DNA from: an uncultured Methanosarcinales archaeon
Lineage (GTDB): Archaea; Nanobdellota; Nanobdellia; Woesearchaeales; BS150m-G63
Reading direction: 5' to 3'
Assembly: GCA_964630685.1 (NCBI GenBank)
Contig: CAZVVW010000006.1
Span: 16 to 64,015 of the forward strand
Length of the DNA stretch: 64,000 bases
Below, one piece after another: positions 37,606 to 47,097 of this stretch (position 1 is its first letter; the number at the start of each line of letters is the position of its first letter). The notes beneath the pieces are model-generated. The model did no database searches. It was not told the origin of the DNA and saw nothing but the letters and a program-made list of their open reading frames with translations. The position numbers and the translations under genes are program-made.

Positions 37606-38340
37606 ATGTTATACTTTATAGGAATTGGATTAAATGATGAGAAAGATATTAGTGTTAAGGGGTTAGAAGCTGTTAAGAGTGCTGATGTAGTTTATTTAGA
37701 GAGTTATACATCTAAATTAGCTTGTTCTGTTGAGAAGTTGGAAGAGTTTTATGGGAAAAAGATTATTTTGGCTGATCGTGAGTTAGTTGAGCAGAAGGCT
37801 GATGAAACTATCTTAAAATACGCTAAAGAGAAAGATGTTGTCTTTTTAGTGATAGGAGATGTTTTTGGTGCTACAACCCATATTGATTTGATGATGAGGG
37901 CTCGAAAAAAAGGTATCAATGTTAAAGTGATTCATAATGCTTCTATTTTGAGTGCAATTGGTGTTGTAGGTCTTGAGCTGTATAAATACGGTAAAGTGAC
38001 TTCAATACCTTTTGAGAATAAAGATGTTAAGGCACCTGTTGAGGTTGTTGAGGAAAATAAGAAAAATGGATTACATAGCTTGGTTTTATTGGATTTAAGA
38101 CCTGAACAAGATAAATTTATGAATATAAATCAAGCTTTAGATTTTTTAGTGAAAAAAGGGTTGGATAGTGAATTAACTGTTGTTGGTTGTGCTGGAATAG
38201 GTTCAGATGAGTCAGAAATCAAGTTTGGCAAAATAAAAGAGATTATTTCTGTTGAATTTACTAAATTTCCTCAGTGTTTGATTATTCCGGGGAATTTGCA
38301 TTTCATGGAAGAAGAAGCTTTGGCGTTTTATAAACAATAG
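37606..38340 (+). CDS. dph5: Diphthine synthase Dph5 (tetrapyrrole-methylase fold)
   Basis: The N-terminus 'MLYFIGIGLNDEKDISVKGLEAVKSADVVYLESYTS' closely matches archaeal/eukaryotic Dph5. 244 aa. Confidence 0.85.
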   Translation: MLYFIGIGLNDEKDISVKGLEAVKSADVVYLESYTSKLACSVEKLEEFYGKKIILADRELVEQKADETILKYAKEKDVVFLVIGDVFGATTHIDLMMRARKKGINVKVIHNASILSAIGVVGLELYKYGKVTSIPFENKDVKAPVEVVEENKKNGLHSLVLLDLRPEQDKFMNINQALDFLVKKGLDSELTVVGCAGIGSDESEIKFGKIKEIISVEFTKFPQCLIIPGNLHFMEEEALAFYKQ

Positions 38341-38381
38341 TTTTAAATATTACATTTTAATTCTTGATATTCACAACGTAT

Positions 38382-38486
38382 AGCCCCATAGTGTAGCGGC
38401 CAATCATCCGGGATTTTGGTGAAATGGGTGAGAAATTATCCTTTCGAAAATGTCCCGGGACCTCGGTTCAAATCCGAGTGGGGCTA
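38382..38486 (+). tRNA. tRNA-Gln (anticodon UUG) with a ~32-nt intron 3' of position 37
   Basis: Acceptor stem AGCCCCA / TGGGGCT (A1:U72, as in archaeal tRNA-Gln). U8. T-arm CTCGG-TTCAAAT-CCGAG. Anticodon stem CGGGA/TCCCG with loop TTTTGG(T). The insert 'tgaaatgggtgagaaattatcctttcgaaaat' sits at the canonical 37/38 position. Discriminator A. A T-rich tract follows. Confidence 0.8.
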
Positions 38487-38549
38487 TTTTTATTCTTTTT
38501 TATTCTTATTTTATTTTTATTTATGTTTAAGTTTTCTTTTCTTCTTTAA

Positions 38550-40136
38550 TTAAGAATTAAAAACCTTCCAAGAAGTAGCGTCTTTAGACATTTGAGAACG
38601 GTAATTTCTAGTTAGATTAATTAAAGCAGAATAATCTCGATGGACGTAATGCTGAATAGCATGAGTTAGACCATTAATTTCTCTAGAACAAAAAGGATTG
38701 TCAACTTGGGCAGGATCTCCCATTATGATTCCTTTACAACCTTCTCCAAGTCTTTGAATGATTGTTTTGACTTCATAAGGGGTTAGATTTTGAGCTTCAT
38801 CAATTAAAACAAGAGAATCCCTGAAAGACCTTCCCCTCATATAGCCAGAATAAGTCATTTCAATCACTTCTGTATTTGAAGGGAGGTGTCCATATTGATT
38901 GATATTCATGTTATTTATACCGTCTTCTCTTGGTGCGCCGAAATCGTTAGTGAATTTAGGATGTTTTAACATTTCTTCAAAAGGAAATAGATTATCAAGA
39001 GAGGATTCTCGATGGGCATCAATATAAGGGGCTAAGTGAGGTTTTAATTTTTCATACAAAGAACCAGGCAAAAATCCAACATCTCTACGTTTTCCACCCA
39101 TTATTTCATTTGGTTTTAATAATATAATCTGCTTGAAAAATCCACCTTTTCCCTTTTTATCTATATCCCTCAATTCTCTTACTGATTTTTCATACCATAT
39201 CACTTGATCTACTGCAGCGACATAACTCAACAGGGTTTTACCTGAACCTTGAGAGCCACATAATATGAAAAGAGACACATCTGGATTTAGAAGTCCATAT
39301 TGAAAAGCAAGATATTGTTCCATATCTCTTGGTTTTATACCTAAAATCTCTCCCATGTGGTGATTACCTATTCTTAATTTTTTGCTATGTTCTTGAGGGG
39401 ATAACAATTCTACAAGTCCATTTTTTTTATCTATAATTTCTCCTGAATTATTTTTAATGAAATCTGCAGAAACTTTTGCATATTCATAATCTTTATGACC
39501 CATAAAACGAATAAATTGATTAACAAATAAATCTCTTTCAAGAATTTCTATAGCATCTTCTAAAGATATCAATCCTTCTTGGGAATAAAGTTCAGATTGT
39601 AATTCCTCATTTCCCATAATAATTCCTTCATTAATTATATCTTCACTAACTTGTAAAAATTGAGGATCTTCAATATGAATTCCATATCCCCTAAGTTTAA
39701 TGTGATTTTTAGCGTTATTTGTGATGAATACTGGTTTATTTGTAAATCCCCAATTTTCATTGATTTTTTCTTCTAATTTATTCATAGAAGTTCCACTATT
39801 TGCGTTATAATGGGTGGGTTCTGGAACGCCTTCTTGAGAGTGATCATCGATGATTGCAATATCTAATCCTTGTAAAACTCTGTAGGTCGTGATTCCTTTA
39901 GTGGAATCTATTTTTTCTTTATTTGCTTTTTTAAGAAATTTGAGCACATTTTCTGCCCCCTCATTATAATTTTCTTTGGGATTGTCTAAAGATTCTATAA
40001 AATCTATAGGTATTACTACTAGATTTTTTTGATCTTTTTCATTACGTTCAAATTGCTTGAAAATTTCAGCGCCTCCAAGATTATACACATCTGTAAAAGG
40101 AACAAATACTTCATGATATTTTGTTTTTGTAGTCAT
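38550..40136 (-). CDS. PhoH-like ATPase with long N-terminal domain (PhoH2-like architecture)
   Basis: Walker A 'CGSQGSGKTLLS', 'LVLIDEAQNLTPYEVKTIIQRLGEGCKGIIMGDPAQVD' (PhoH Walker B / Q-motif region). The N-terminal ~290 aa are PIN-like/unknown. 528 aa. Confidence 0.75.
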   Translation of the reverse strand: MTTKTKYHEVFVPFTDVYNLGGAEIFKQFERNEKDQKNLVVIPIDFIESLDNPKENYNEGAENVLKFLKKANKEKIDSTKGITTYRVLQGLDIAIIDDHSQEGVPEPTHYNANSGTSMNKLEEKINENWGFTNKPVFITNNAKNHIKLRGYGIHIEDPQFLQVSEDIINEGIIMGNEELQSELYSQEGLISLEDAIEILERDLFVNQFIRFMGHKDYEYAKVSADFIKNNSGEIIDKKNGLVELLSPQEHSKKLRIGNHHMGEILGIKPRDMEQYLAFQYGLLNPDVSLFILCGSQGSGKTLLSYVAAVDQVIWYEKSVRELRDIDKKGKGGFFKQIILLKPNEIMGGKRRDVGFLPGSLYEKLKPHLAPYIDAHRESSLDNLFPFEEMLKHPKFTNDFGAPREDGINNMNINQYGHLPSNTEVIEMTYSGYMRGRSFRDSLVLIDEAQNLTPYEVKTIIQRLGEGCKGIIMGDPAQVDNPFCSREINGLTHAIQHYVHRDYSALINLTRNYRSQMSKDATSWKVFNS

Positions 40137-40636
40137 TTTAGATTAAATGCCTCTTTAATATTTTTGTAGTCATTAGTTAGAATATTATAATTACCCATTA
40201 ATGCTCCCCTATCATTAATATTTTGATAAAGTTTTAATCCATCTCTTCTGAGGATATCTACATGATTTCTTCTTCTAGGAGATATTTCTTCTTTTAAAAT
40301 TTTTTTAAGTAAACCACTAGTGCTTAATCTAGTTCTTTCTCTAGAAATATATTTTTGAATTATAGGATCTAAAATAGATTGAAATTTGCAAAGCGCAACA
40401 TAACTTCCTTTATCCTTACAAGAAGCAATTACATAGTCTAGACTGTTATATACCGATTTCACTTCTTGAAATTCTCTTTCTTGCAAAGAACCAGATTGAG
40501 ATTTAAATTTAAATAACCCATCTAAAACACTATAGCCAACTACTGTGCCTAATTCGTCTTGATTGTAAATATAATGAGACAGAACATCAAATAAAGTGTA
40601 CAATTGAACTTGTTTATAATCTCTTTTTTTAGTCAT
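40133..40636 (-). CDS. Hypothetical protein translationally coupled (4-nt overlap) to the PhoH-like ATPase
   Basis: 167-aa ORF. Its stop overlaps the start of the PhoH-like gene. No known motif. Confidence 0.45.
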   Translation of the reverse strand: MTKKRDYKQVQLYTLFDVLSHYIYNQDELGTVVGYSVLDGLFKFKSQSGSLQEREFQEVKSVYNSLDYVIASCKDKGSYVALCKFQSILDPIIQKYISRERTRLSTSGLLKKILKEEISPRRRNHVDILRRDGLKLYQNINDRGALMGNYNILTNDYKNIKEAFNLK

Positions 40637-40926
40637 TAATTTTACCCTTCTATTACTAATACGCTTTTATTATTCACCTCCCCTTTATATTTTTGAGTTA
40701 TTATATTATTTAATGTTTTCTATACTGGAGTTGTTAATTAATGGGGTGTTATGTTCTGTTAATCCGAAAACTTTAAAAGGGCATGATTTTTTTATAAAGA
40801 AATCAAGAGATGAAACGGTTCAAATGGGCTTTTTCATGCTGGAGATAAGATGATAATTATTTCTCACATATCTTGATTAAATAGAAAATAAATACAACTT
40901 TATATGGTTGTTTGGAGGAAATTAGA

Positions 40927-41382
40927 ATGGCCCGTATGCATTCAAGAGATAAAGGAAAAAGTGGTAGTAGTAGACCTGCTACTAGAGAAAAAAAAGAGTG
41001 GGTGAGATATAAATCAAAAGAAGTTGAGCTTTTAATTTTAAAGTTAGCTAAAGATGGAAACAAAGCATCTAGAATAGGACTTATTTTAAGAGATTCTTAT
41101 GGAATTCCTAGTGTAAAAGACATCATTGGAAAAGGAATTTCTCAAGTTTTAAAAGAATATGATTTATTGGGTGAACTTCCAGAAGATTTACTTAATCTAA
41201 TTAAAAGATCTGTTAATTTAAAAAAACATTTTGAAGAAAATAGGCAAGATATGACTGCTAAAAGAGGATCACAGCTTACAGATTCAAAGATTAATAGGCT
41301 TATTAAATACTACAAGAGAACTGGTGTTTTATCTAAAGATTGGAAATATGATGAAAATAGATTTAAGTTGATTGCAGAGTAA
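40927..41382 (+). CDS. rps15: 30S ribosomal protein S15 (archaeal S15P / eukaryotic S13e)
   Basis: 'MARMHSRDKGKSGSSRP' N-terminus and the conserved 'RLIKYYKRTGVLSKDWKY' C-terminus. A GGAGGA Shine-Dalgarno sequence lies 7 nt upstream of the ATG at 40927. The ORF track begins at an upstream TTG. Confidence 0.9.
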   Translation: MARMHSRDKGKSGSSRPATREKKEWVRYKSKEVELLILKLAKDGNKASRIGLILRDSYGIPSVKDIIGKGISQVLKEYDLLGELPEDLLNLIKRSVNLKKHFEENRQDMTAKRGSQLTDSKINRLIKYYKRTGVLSKDWKYDENRFKLIAE

Positions 41383-41397
41383 TTGCAGAGTAATCAT

Positions 41398-42825
41398 ATG
41401 GATAAGTATGCTAAGTTTAAGAAGAGCTTTGAAGAAGCTGTAAAGTGGTTTAAACGTATCGATAAGAAAGAAGTGATACGTGTAGTTTCTCACTTGGATG
41501 CAGATGGGATTAGCGCTTGTGCTGTTATATTGAATGCATTGGATAATGAAAACAGGCGTTATTCTATTTCTATTATTAGACAATTGGGAGATGAAAATCT
41601 ACATGAATATTCTAGAGAAGAATACAAACATTTTATTTTTACAGATTTAGGTTCTGGGAAAATAAATTCTATGAATAGGATATTAAAAGATAAATCTATT
41701 TTAGTGTTAGATCACCACAAGCCAGAAAAAGTTGAAGCAGATAATGTAACACATATTAATCCAAATTTATTTGGAATTGAAGGTGGGACAGAGATATCTG
41801 GAGCAGGAGTTGCTTACTTTTTTTCTAGAAAACTTAATGGTAAGAATAAATCTTTAGCACATCTTGGGATAATTGGTGCTATTGGAGACATTCAAGATGA
41901 GAATGGATTTTCTAGTTTAAATTTAGAAATTTTGGATGATGCTGTTAATGCTAAAAAACTTGAAGTGATTGAGAATGGACTTAAATTTTTTGGAAAACAA
42001 ACACGCCCACTTTTTAGAATTCTTCAATATACTGATAATCCTTATATTCCGGATATTAGTGGTTCAATGGGGGGAGCTATCCAGTTCCTAAGGCATGTGG
42101 TTGGAATTGATGACAAAAGAGTAGAAAGAGTAAAAATGAAAGATTTAGATAAAGATCAAATGGAAAGATTGCGTGCAGGAATAATCATGAAAAGGTCTGA
42201 CCAAGAGGATCCTGAAGATATTTTTTCTAATTCTTATCTTTTAGTTGATGAAAAAGAAGGGTCTCCTTTGAAAGATGTAAAAGAGTTTTCAACTTTACTT
42301 AACGCATGCGGACGATTGGAAAGAGCTTCTTTAGGGATTGGTGTTTGTTTAGGGGATAAAAAATCAAAAGAATCTGCTATGAAAAGTATGAAAAATTATA
42401 GAAAAGAAATTGCTATATCTTTGGATTGGTATCATAGTAATAAAAATTCTGCTGGCGTTTTTAATGGTGATGGATTTACAATTATAAACGCTAAAGATAA
42501 TATTCTTGCAAGTGTTGCAGGGACAATGGCAAGTATATTATCAAAATCAAATGAATTTGAAGATGGGCATTATATTCTTTCTATGGCTCAAATGTTGGAT
42601 GAGAATACTAAGGCATCAATGAGGGTTGCTGGACGTAATATTAGTGAAGATGTTGATTTGCGTGTAATCATAAAAAAAATAGCTAAACAAGTAGAGGGAG
42701 AAGCAGGTGGACATAAACACGCCGCAGGTGCGCTGTTTTTAACAGAGCAAGAAGATAAGTTCATAGATATTGCAAAATCAATATTGGCTAAACATGCTAT
42801 TGAAGAAAAATTAGTTGAGAATTGA
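41398..42825 (+). CDS. RecJ-like DHH phosphoesterase (archaeal GAN/Cdc45-RecJ homolog)
   Basis: DHH motifs 'VVSHLDADGISACAV' and 'VLDHHKP'. DHHA1 'GGHKHAAGA'. The likely start 'MDKYAKF' is at the ATG at 41398. Confidence 0.8.
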   Translation: MDKYAKFKKSFEEAVKWFKRIDKKEVIRVVSHLDADGISACAVILNALDNENRRYSISIIRQLGDENLHEYSREEYKHFIFTDLGSGKINSMNRILKDKSILVLDHHKPEKVEADNVTHINPNLFGIEGGTEISGAGVAYFFSRKLNGKNKSLAHLGIIGAIGDIQDENGFSSLNLEILDDAVNAKKLEVIENGLKFFGKQTRPLFRILQYTDNPYIPDISGSMGGAIQFLRHVVGIDDKRVERVKMKDLDKDQMERLRAGIIMKRSDQEDPEDIFSNSYLLVDEKEGSPLKDVKEFSTLLNACGRLERASLGIGVCLGDKKSKESAMKSMKNYRKEIAISLDWYHSNKNSAGVFNGDGFTIINAKDNILASVAGTMASILSKSNEFEDGHYILSMAQMLDENTKASMRVAGRNISEDVDLRVIIKKIAKQVEGEAGGHKHAAGALFLTEQEDKFIDIAKSILAKHAIEEKLVEN

Positions 42826-42845
42826 TTGTATTAGTAAAGAGGTTC

Positions 42846-43115
42846 TTACAAAGTGCTTTTAATGTTATCAATGTATTCTGCTACTTTTTCGCCTTTTTTG
42901 GTTAGTGTAAGAACTTTTAATCTTCCTTGTTTATTGAAATTAACCAATCCAGCTCTTTCCATTTCTTGAAGGATCTTAACAACATGAGAATAAGTACAAT
43001 CAATTTTCTTAGCTAGAGATGAAGCATAAGTGCCATCTTTAGAGTTCTTTAAAGTCACCAACATCATTGCTGGTTTTTCTCTAAAAAATACATTGAAAAT
43101 TTTTTTTTTGTTCAT
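42846..43115 (-). CDS. Small winged-HTH DNA-binding protein
   Basis: 'YASSLAKKIDCTYSHVVKILQEMERAGLV' is a wHTH recognition helix. 89 aa. Confidence 0.5.
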   Translation of the reverse strand: MNKKKIFNVFFREKPAMMLVTLKNSKDGTYASSLAKKIDCTYSHVVKILQEMERAGLVNFNKQGRLKVLTLTKKGEKVAEYIDNIKSTL

Positions 43116-43305
43116 TAAAACCCCCAGTATCTAATCTATTATATGTTTTAAATCATAAGGTTGTTTAAAGTTATTTAAATATTGCTATTTTTCATTATAC
43201 ATATTAGAGTATATAGTTGTATATTTTGTGGTATATATTTGTTTCTGAAAGATTTTTGAATATTTTCACATAAGTTTTATTAAGTGGTTGTTTTTTTGAT
43301 TAAGT

Positions 43306-45174
43306 ATGAAACCTAGCGAAATTTTATTTCCTTATTCACAAATAAGACCAATCCAAAAAGAGATGTTGGAGGATGTGGGTAAAGCAATTGATGGTGGAAA
43401 AAGAGTATTGATGCACGCTCCAACAGGTATTGGAAAAACTATTTCTGTGCTAGGTCCTGCTTTATTTCATGCTTTAAAGAAAAATAAGACTGTAGTGTTT
43501 CTCACTTCAAGGCATACCCAACATATTGTTGCAATGGATGCTCTGAAAGATATCAAAAAAAAGTATGACAATAAATTTTCAGTTGCAGATATAATTGGAA
43601 AAAAATGGATGTGTGCAGTTCAAGGAATAGATAAGTTTCCATCACATGAATTTGGAGAGTTTTGTAAATTGCAAAGAGAAGAAGGCAAATGCGAATTTTA
43701 TTCTAAAACTATTCAAAAAAGAAATTTGACTGTTAAAGCTAAAAAAATAATTCAGGAATTTGAATTTATGTATCCTTCTCATTCAGAAGATTTAGTTAAA
43801 GGCTGTATTAACGAAAAATTATGCCCTTATGAGATTACTTTGGCTTTGTGTAATAAAGCAAGAGTGATTGTTGCAGATTATTTTTATTTATTTAACCCTT
43901 CTATTTGTTTAAATTTTTTGAATAGGGTAGGGAAAGAATTAGAAGATTTGATAGTAATTGTAGATGAGGGTCATAATTTGCCAGATAGAGTTAGGGATTT
44001 GTTGACTCTTAAATTATCTAATTTTACAATAAGTAGGGCAATTAAAGAAGCAAGAGAAAATGGATATAATGAAGCAAAAGAATTATTACAAAAAATAAAT
44101 AATGTGTTGGAGGAATTTGTTGGTGGATTAGATTTTGGTGGAGAAATTCTTGTTAATAAAGTAGATTTTGTTCAAAGAATTGGAGAAATAAAAGAATATG
44201 ATTTATTGGTTGAGCAATTGGATATTATGGGTGATGATATTAGAAAAGAAAAAAGGCAAAGTTATATTGGTTCTGTCGCTAATTTCTTGGATGGGTGGCT
44301 CGGATTAGATTTGGGTTATGTAAGAATATTATCAAAAAGACAATATAAAGGTGCTCCACTTATAACTTTAAGTTATCGTTGTTTAGATCCTTCTTTAGTG
44401 ACTTCAGATGTTTTTGATGAGGTATATTCTTTGATAATTATGAGCGGTACATTGACGCCAATTTCTTTGTATAAAGATGTGTTGTGTTTTCCAAAAGATT
44501 CTGTTGAAAAGAGTTATGGTAACCCTTTTCCTGAAAAAAATAGACTTAATTTAATTGTACCAAAAACCACAACTAAATATTCTGCTAGGAGTGAGGATCA
44601 ATTTAAAGAGATTGGAAGAATTGGGGCTGAAATTACTAATAATATTCCAGGTAATTCTATTATCTTTTTTCCTAGTTATGGATTAATGCATTCTGTTTAT
44701 CATTATTTTAGTGAAATGAGTGATAAGAAAATTGTGATTGAGAAAAAAGGAGCCAATAAAGAAGAGAAAAAAGGATTGTTAAAACAATTTGAAGAACACA
44801 AGGAAAAGGGAATGGTATTTTTAGGGATTACTTCAGGTTCATTTGGAGAGGGAATTGATTTGCCCGGAGATCTTTTGAAAGGAGTAGTTGTTGTTGGAAT
44901 TCCTTTGCAACCACCTGATTTAGAAACTAAAGAATTAATTAAGTATTATGATAAAAGATTTGATAAGGGGTGGGATTATGGCTATGTTTTGCCTGCTATA
45001 ACTAAGGTTTTACAGAATGCAGGAAGATGCATTAGATCTGAAAAAGATAAAGGGGTTGTGGTGTTTTTGGATGAAAGATATGCTTGGAATCACTATCTTA
45101 GATGTTTTCCAGGTGATTGGGATGTTAAAATTAGCAAAGAATATGTTGGTGAGATAAAGAATTTTTTTGAGTGA
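43306..45174 (+). CDS. xpd: XPD/Rad3-family 5'-3' DNA helicase (Fe-S helicase)
   Basis: Walker A 'HAPTGIGKTIS'. Four-Cys Fe-S domain ('CAVQG..C..EGKCEFY..C'). 'VIVDEGHNL' DEAH box. C-terminal helicase motifs. 622 aa. Confidence 0.85.
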   Translation: MKPSEILFPYSQIRPIQKEMLEDVGKAIDGGKRVLMHAPTGIGKTISVLGPALFHALKKNKTVVFLTSRHTQHIVAMDALKDIKKKYDNKFSVADIIGKKWMCAVQGIDKFPSHEFGEFCKLQREEGKCEFYSKTIQKRNLTVKAKKIIQEFEFMYPSHSEDLVKGCINEKLCPYEITLALCNKARVIVADYFYLFNPSICLNFLNRVGKELEDLIVIVDEGHNLPDRVRDLLTLKLSNFTISRAIKEARENGYNEAKELLQKINNVLEEFVGGLDFGGEILVNKVDFVQRIGEIKEYDLLVEQLDIMGDDIRKEKRQSYIGSVANFLDGWLGLDLGYVRILSKRQYKGAPLITLSYRCLDPSLVTSDVFDEVYSLIIMSGTLTPISLYKDVLCFPKDSVEKSYGNPFPEKNRLNLIVPKTTTKYSARSEDQFKEIGRIGAEITNNIPGNSIIFFPSYGLMHSVYHYFSEMSDKKIVIEKKGANKEEKKGLLKQFEEHKEKGMVFLGITSGSFGEGIDLPGDLLKGVVVVGIPLQPPDLETKELIKYYDKRFDKGWDYGYVLPAITKVLQNAGRCIRSEKDKGVVVFLDERYAWNHYLRCFPGDWDVKISKEYVGEIKNFFE

Positions 45175-45247
45175 GATATTGCTTTGTTCTCCCTGTGTGA
45201 TAGTAATAAAGCAAAGGTTTTTATACTAAATATGTGGGTTTTAATGT

Positions 45248-46246
45248 ATGGTTAGTGCAATCGTATTGGCTGGTGGACCCGTAAAAGATGCTCCAAATCT
45301 TAAATTAGCTAGGTGGTACTATAAAAAAGTTTATGGAGAAACTTATTTCTGGGGAAAATATAAACCTTTGAAACAAATTAAATTGAGAGTTGGAGATGAA
45401 ATTCAAAAGGTTCCTATGGTTAGTGCTGTTATTGAAAGTATTGCAAAGGTTGAGTCTATTGATGATTTAGTTGTGATAGGCGAAAAAGAAAGATTAGAAA
45501 CAATGCTTGGCGATAAAGATTATGGTATGCCTGTAAAATATGTTCAACAAGTAGGTAGTTTAGTTAAGAATGGGGTTGAAGGGTATCAACATTCAAAAGC
45601 AAAAAAGAATGGAGAGGGGGCTTTATTCCTTCCTTGTGATATTCCTAAAGCATCACCTGAAGATTATGATAAATTTGTTAATCAATGCACTCCTTTAATG
45701 GATAATTATGATACTTTTTATGCAATAATTGGTAAAGAGAATATGCAAGGCAAGTCTAAAATATTTAATAGGCCTTATTTTTGGATGATTGATGATGTTT
45801 TTAATAAAAGGGGACTGATAAGAAGAGGGTTTAGATTGTCAAACATGGCTTATGCAAATCCTGAAGAAATTAAACATATTAATAATATTGATTTGATTTA
45901 TTCTTTAAGAAAAATGAAGGACCCTGTAAATGTTTTCCGTGCTGCGAAAGATGCATTTCCTGAAGTTATAAAATATTTCAAAAAGACCTTAACTGTTTCT
46001 GATGTTAATAATAAAGCTTCTGAGTTTTTGGAAACTAGGTTTAAACTCATAGAAGTAGATAGTGAAGCAACTTGTATAGATATAGATTCAGAGGAAGATT
46101 CTAATGATCTGGATTATTGGTTAGGTAAAAAAGAGGGGGAAACAGAAAATATTGATTCTTCTTGTAAAAAACGAATTTTTAAGAGTAAATTAAGTAAGGA
46201 TATTTCTTATAACAAAAAGATTTTTGATCGTAAAAACCCAGTTTAG
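45248..46246 (+). CDS. Hypothetical MobA-like nucleotidyltransferase-fold protein
   Basis: 'AIVLAGGPVKD' and 'LFLPCDIP' match NTP_transf_3 (MobA/CofC-like) signatures. The C-terminal half is unknown and acidic. Confidence 0.5.
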   Translation: MVSAIVLAGGPVKDAPNLKLARWYYKKVYGETYFWGKYKPLKQIKLRVGDEIQKVPMVSAVIESIAKVESIDDLVVIGEKERLETMLGDKDYGMPVKYVQQVGSLVKNGVEGYQHSKAKKNGEGALFLPCDIPKASPEDYDKFVNQCTPLMDNYDTFYAIIGKENMQGKSKIFNRPYFWMIDDVFNKRGLIRRGFRLSNMAYANPEEIKHINNIDLIYSLRKMKDPVNVFRAAKDAFPEVIKYFKKTLTVSDVNNKASEFLETRFKLIEVDSEATCIDIDSEEDSNDLDYWLGKKEGETENIDSSCKKRIFKSKLSKDISYNKKIFDRKNPV

Positions 46247-46318
46247 TATACCTTTTCGTATACTAAAACACAACATTTATATACTAGTTCTGTTTAATAG
46301 GAAATAGTAGAAGATATC

Positions 46319-46380
46319 GGCTCCTCGCTGACTTTCTTCTCTCCACCACCCCCTCAAGAATCTCGAGGAGCCTTTTTTCT
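46319..46380 (+). terminator. Hairpin GGCTCCTCG...CGAGGAGCC followed by TTTTTTCT, downstream of the 45248..46246 gene
   Basis: 9-bp GC-rich perfect stem with a 34-nt loop and then an oligo-T. The stem contains the CTCCTCGAGA core that also occurs inside two pilin genes. Confidence 0.4.
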
Positions 46381-46473
46381 CTTTTTCTCTATTTTTTTGT
46401 TATTTTTCTTTATTTTTAGTAAATTTTATAAGGTAAAATTGATTAATGTGTGTTAAATCTGTGCTGTTTTAAA

Positions 46474-47091
46474 ATGGAGCTAGATAAACTGAAAAAAGAG
46501 CAATCTAAACTTGCTAAGAAAGTGGTTCTAAAAGATGAATTTAGCGAGCTAAAACTGATTGGTGGTTGTGATCAAACTTTTATTGGCAATAAGGTTATTT
46601 CTTGTGTGGTTGTGCTTGATTATGAGAGTTTAGAGGTTGTTGAAACAGCTTCTGCTGTAGTCAAAGCTGTAGTGCCTTATGTTGCTGGTTTTTTAGGATA
46701 TCGAGAAGGGCCTGCTATTGTTGAGGCTTTTAATAAGTTAAATGTGAAACCAGATGTTTTATTATGTGATTTTAATGGGATTTTACATCCAAGATTATTT
46801 GGAGCTGCATCTCAGGTTGGGTTGATGTTAGATGTTCCTACTATTGGTGTTGCTAAGAGTTTAAGTTACGGAAGTATAATGGGTGAAAAAATAATTGTTG
46901 GCATTAAACATGTTGGAGCCAAAGTGATTAGTAGAGAATATTCACGACCGATTTATGTTTCACCAGGACATAAAATCTGTTTAAAGAGTGCTGTTGAGAT
47001 TGTTAAGAAGTGTTTAAAGTATCCACACAAACTTCCAGAACCAATACACTATGCTCATAAATATGCTAAGAAATTACAAAAAGAAGAATAA
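46474..47091 (+). CDS. nfi: Endonuclease V (deoxyinosine 3' endonuclease)
   Basis: 'PYVAGFLGYREGP' and 'DFNGILHPRLFGAASQVGLMLDVPTIGVAKS' match EndoV catalytic regions. Likely start 'MELDKLKK' at 46474. Confidence 0.85.
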   Translation: MELDKLKKEQSKLAKKVVLKDEFSELKLIGGCDQTFIGNKVISCVVVLDYESLEVVETASAVVKAVVPYVAGFLGYREGPAIVEAFNKLNVKPDVLLCDFNGILHPRLFGAASQVGLMLDVPTIGVAKSLSYGSIMGEKIIVGIKHVGAKVISREYSRPIYVSPGHKICLKSAVEIVKKCLKYPHKLPEPIHYAHKYAKKLQKEE

Positions 47092-47097
47092 AAATGA

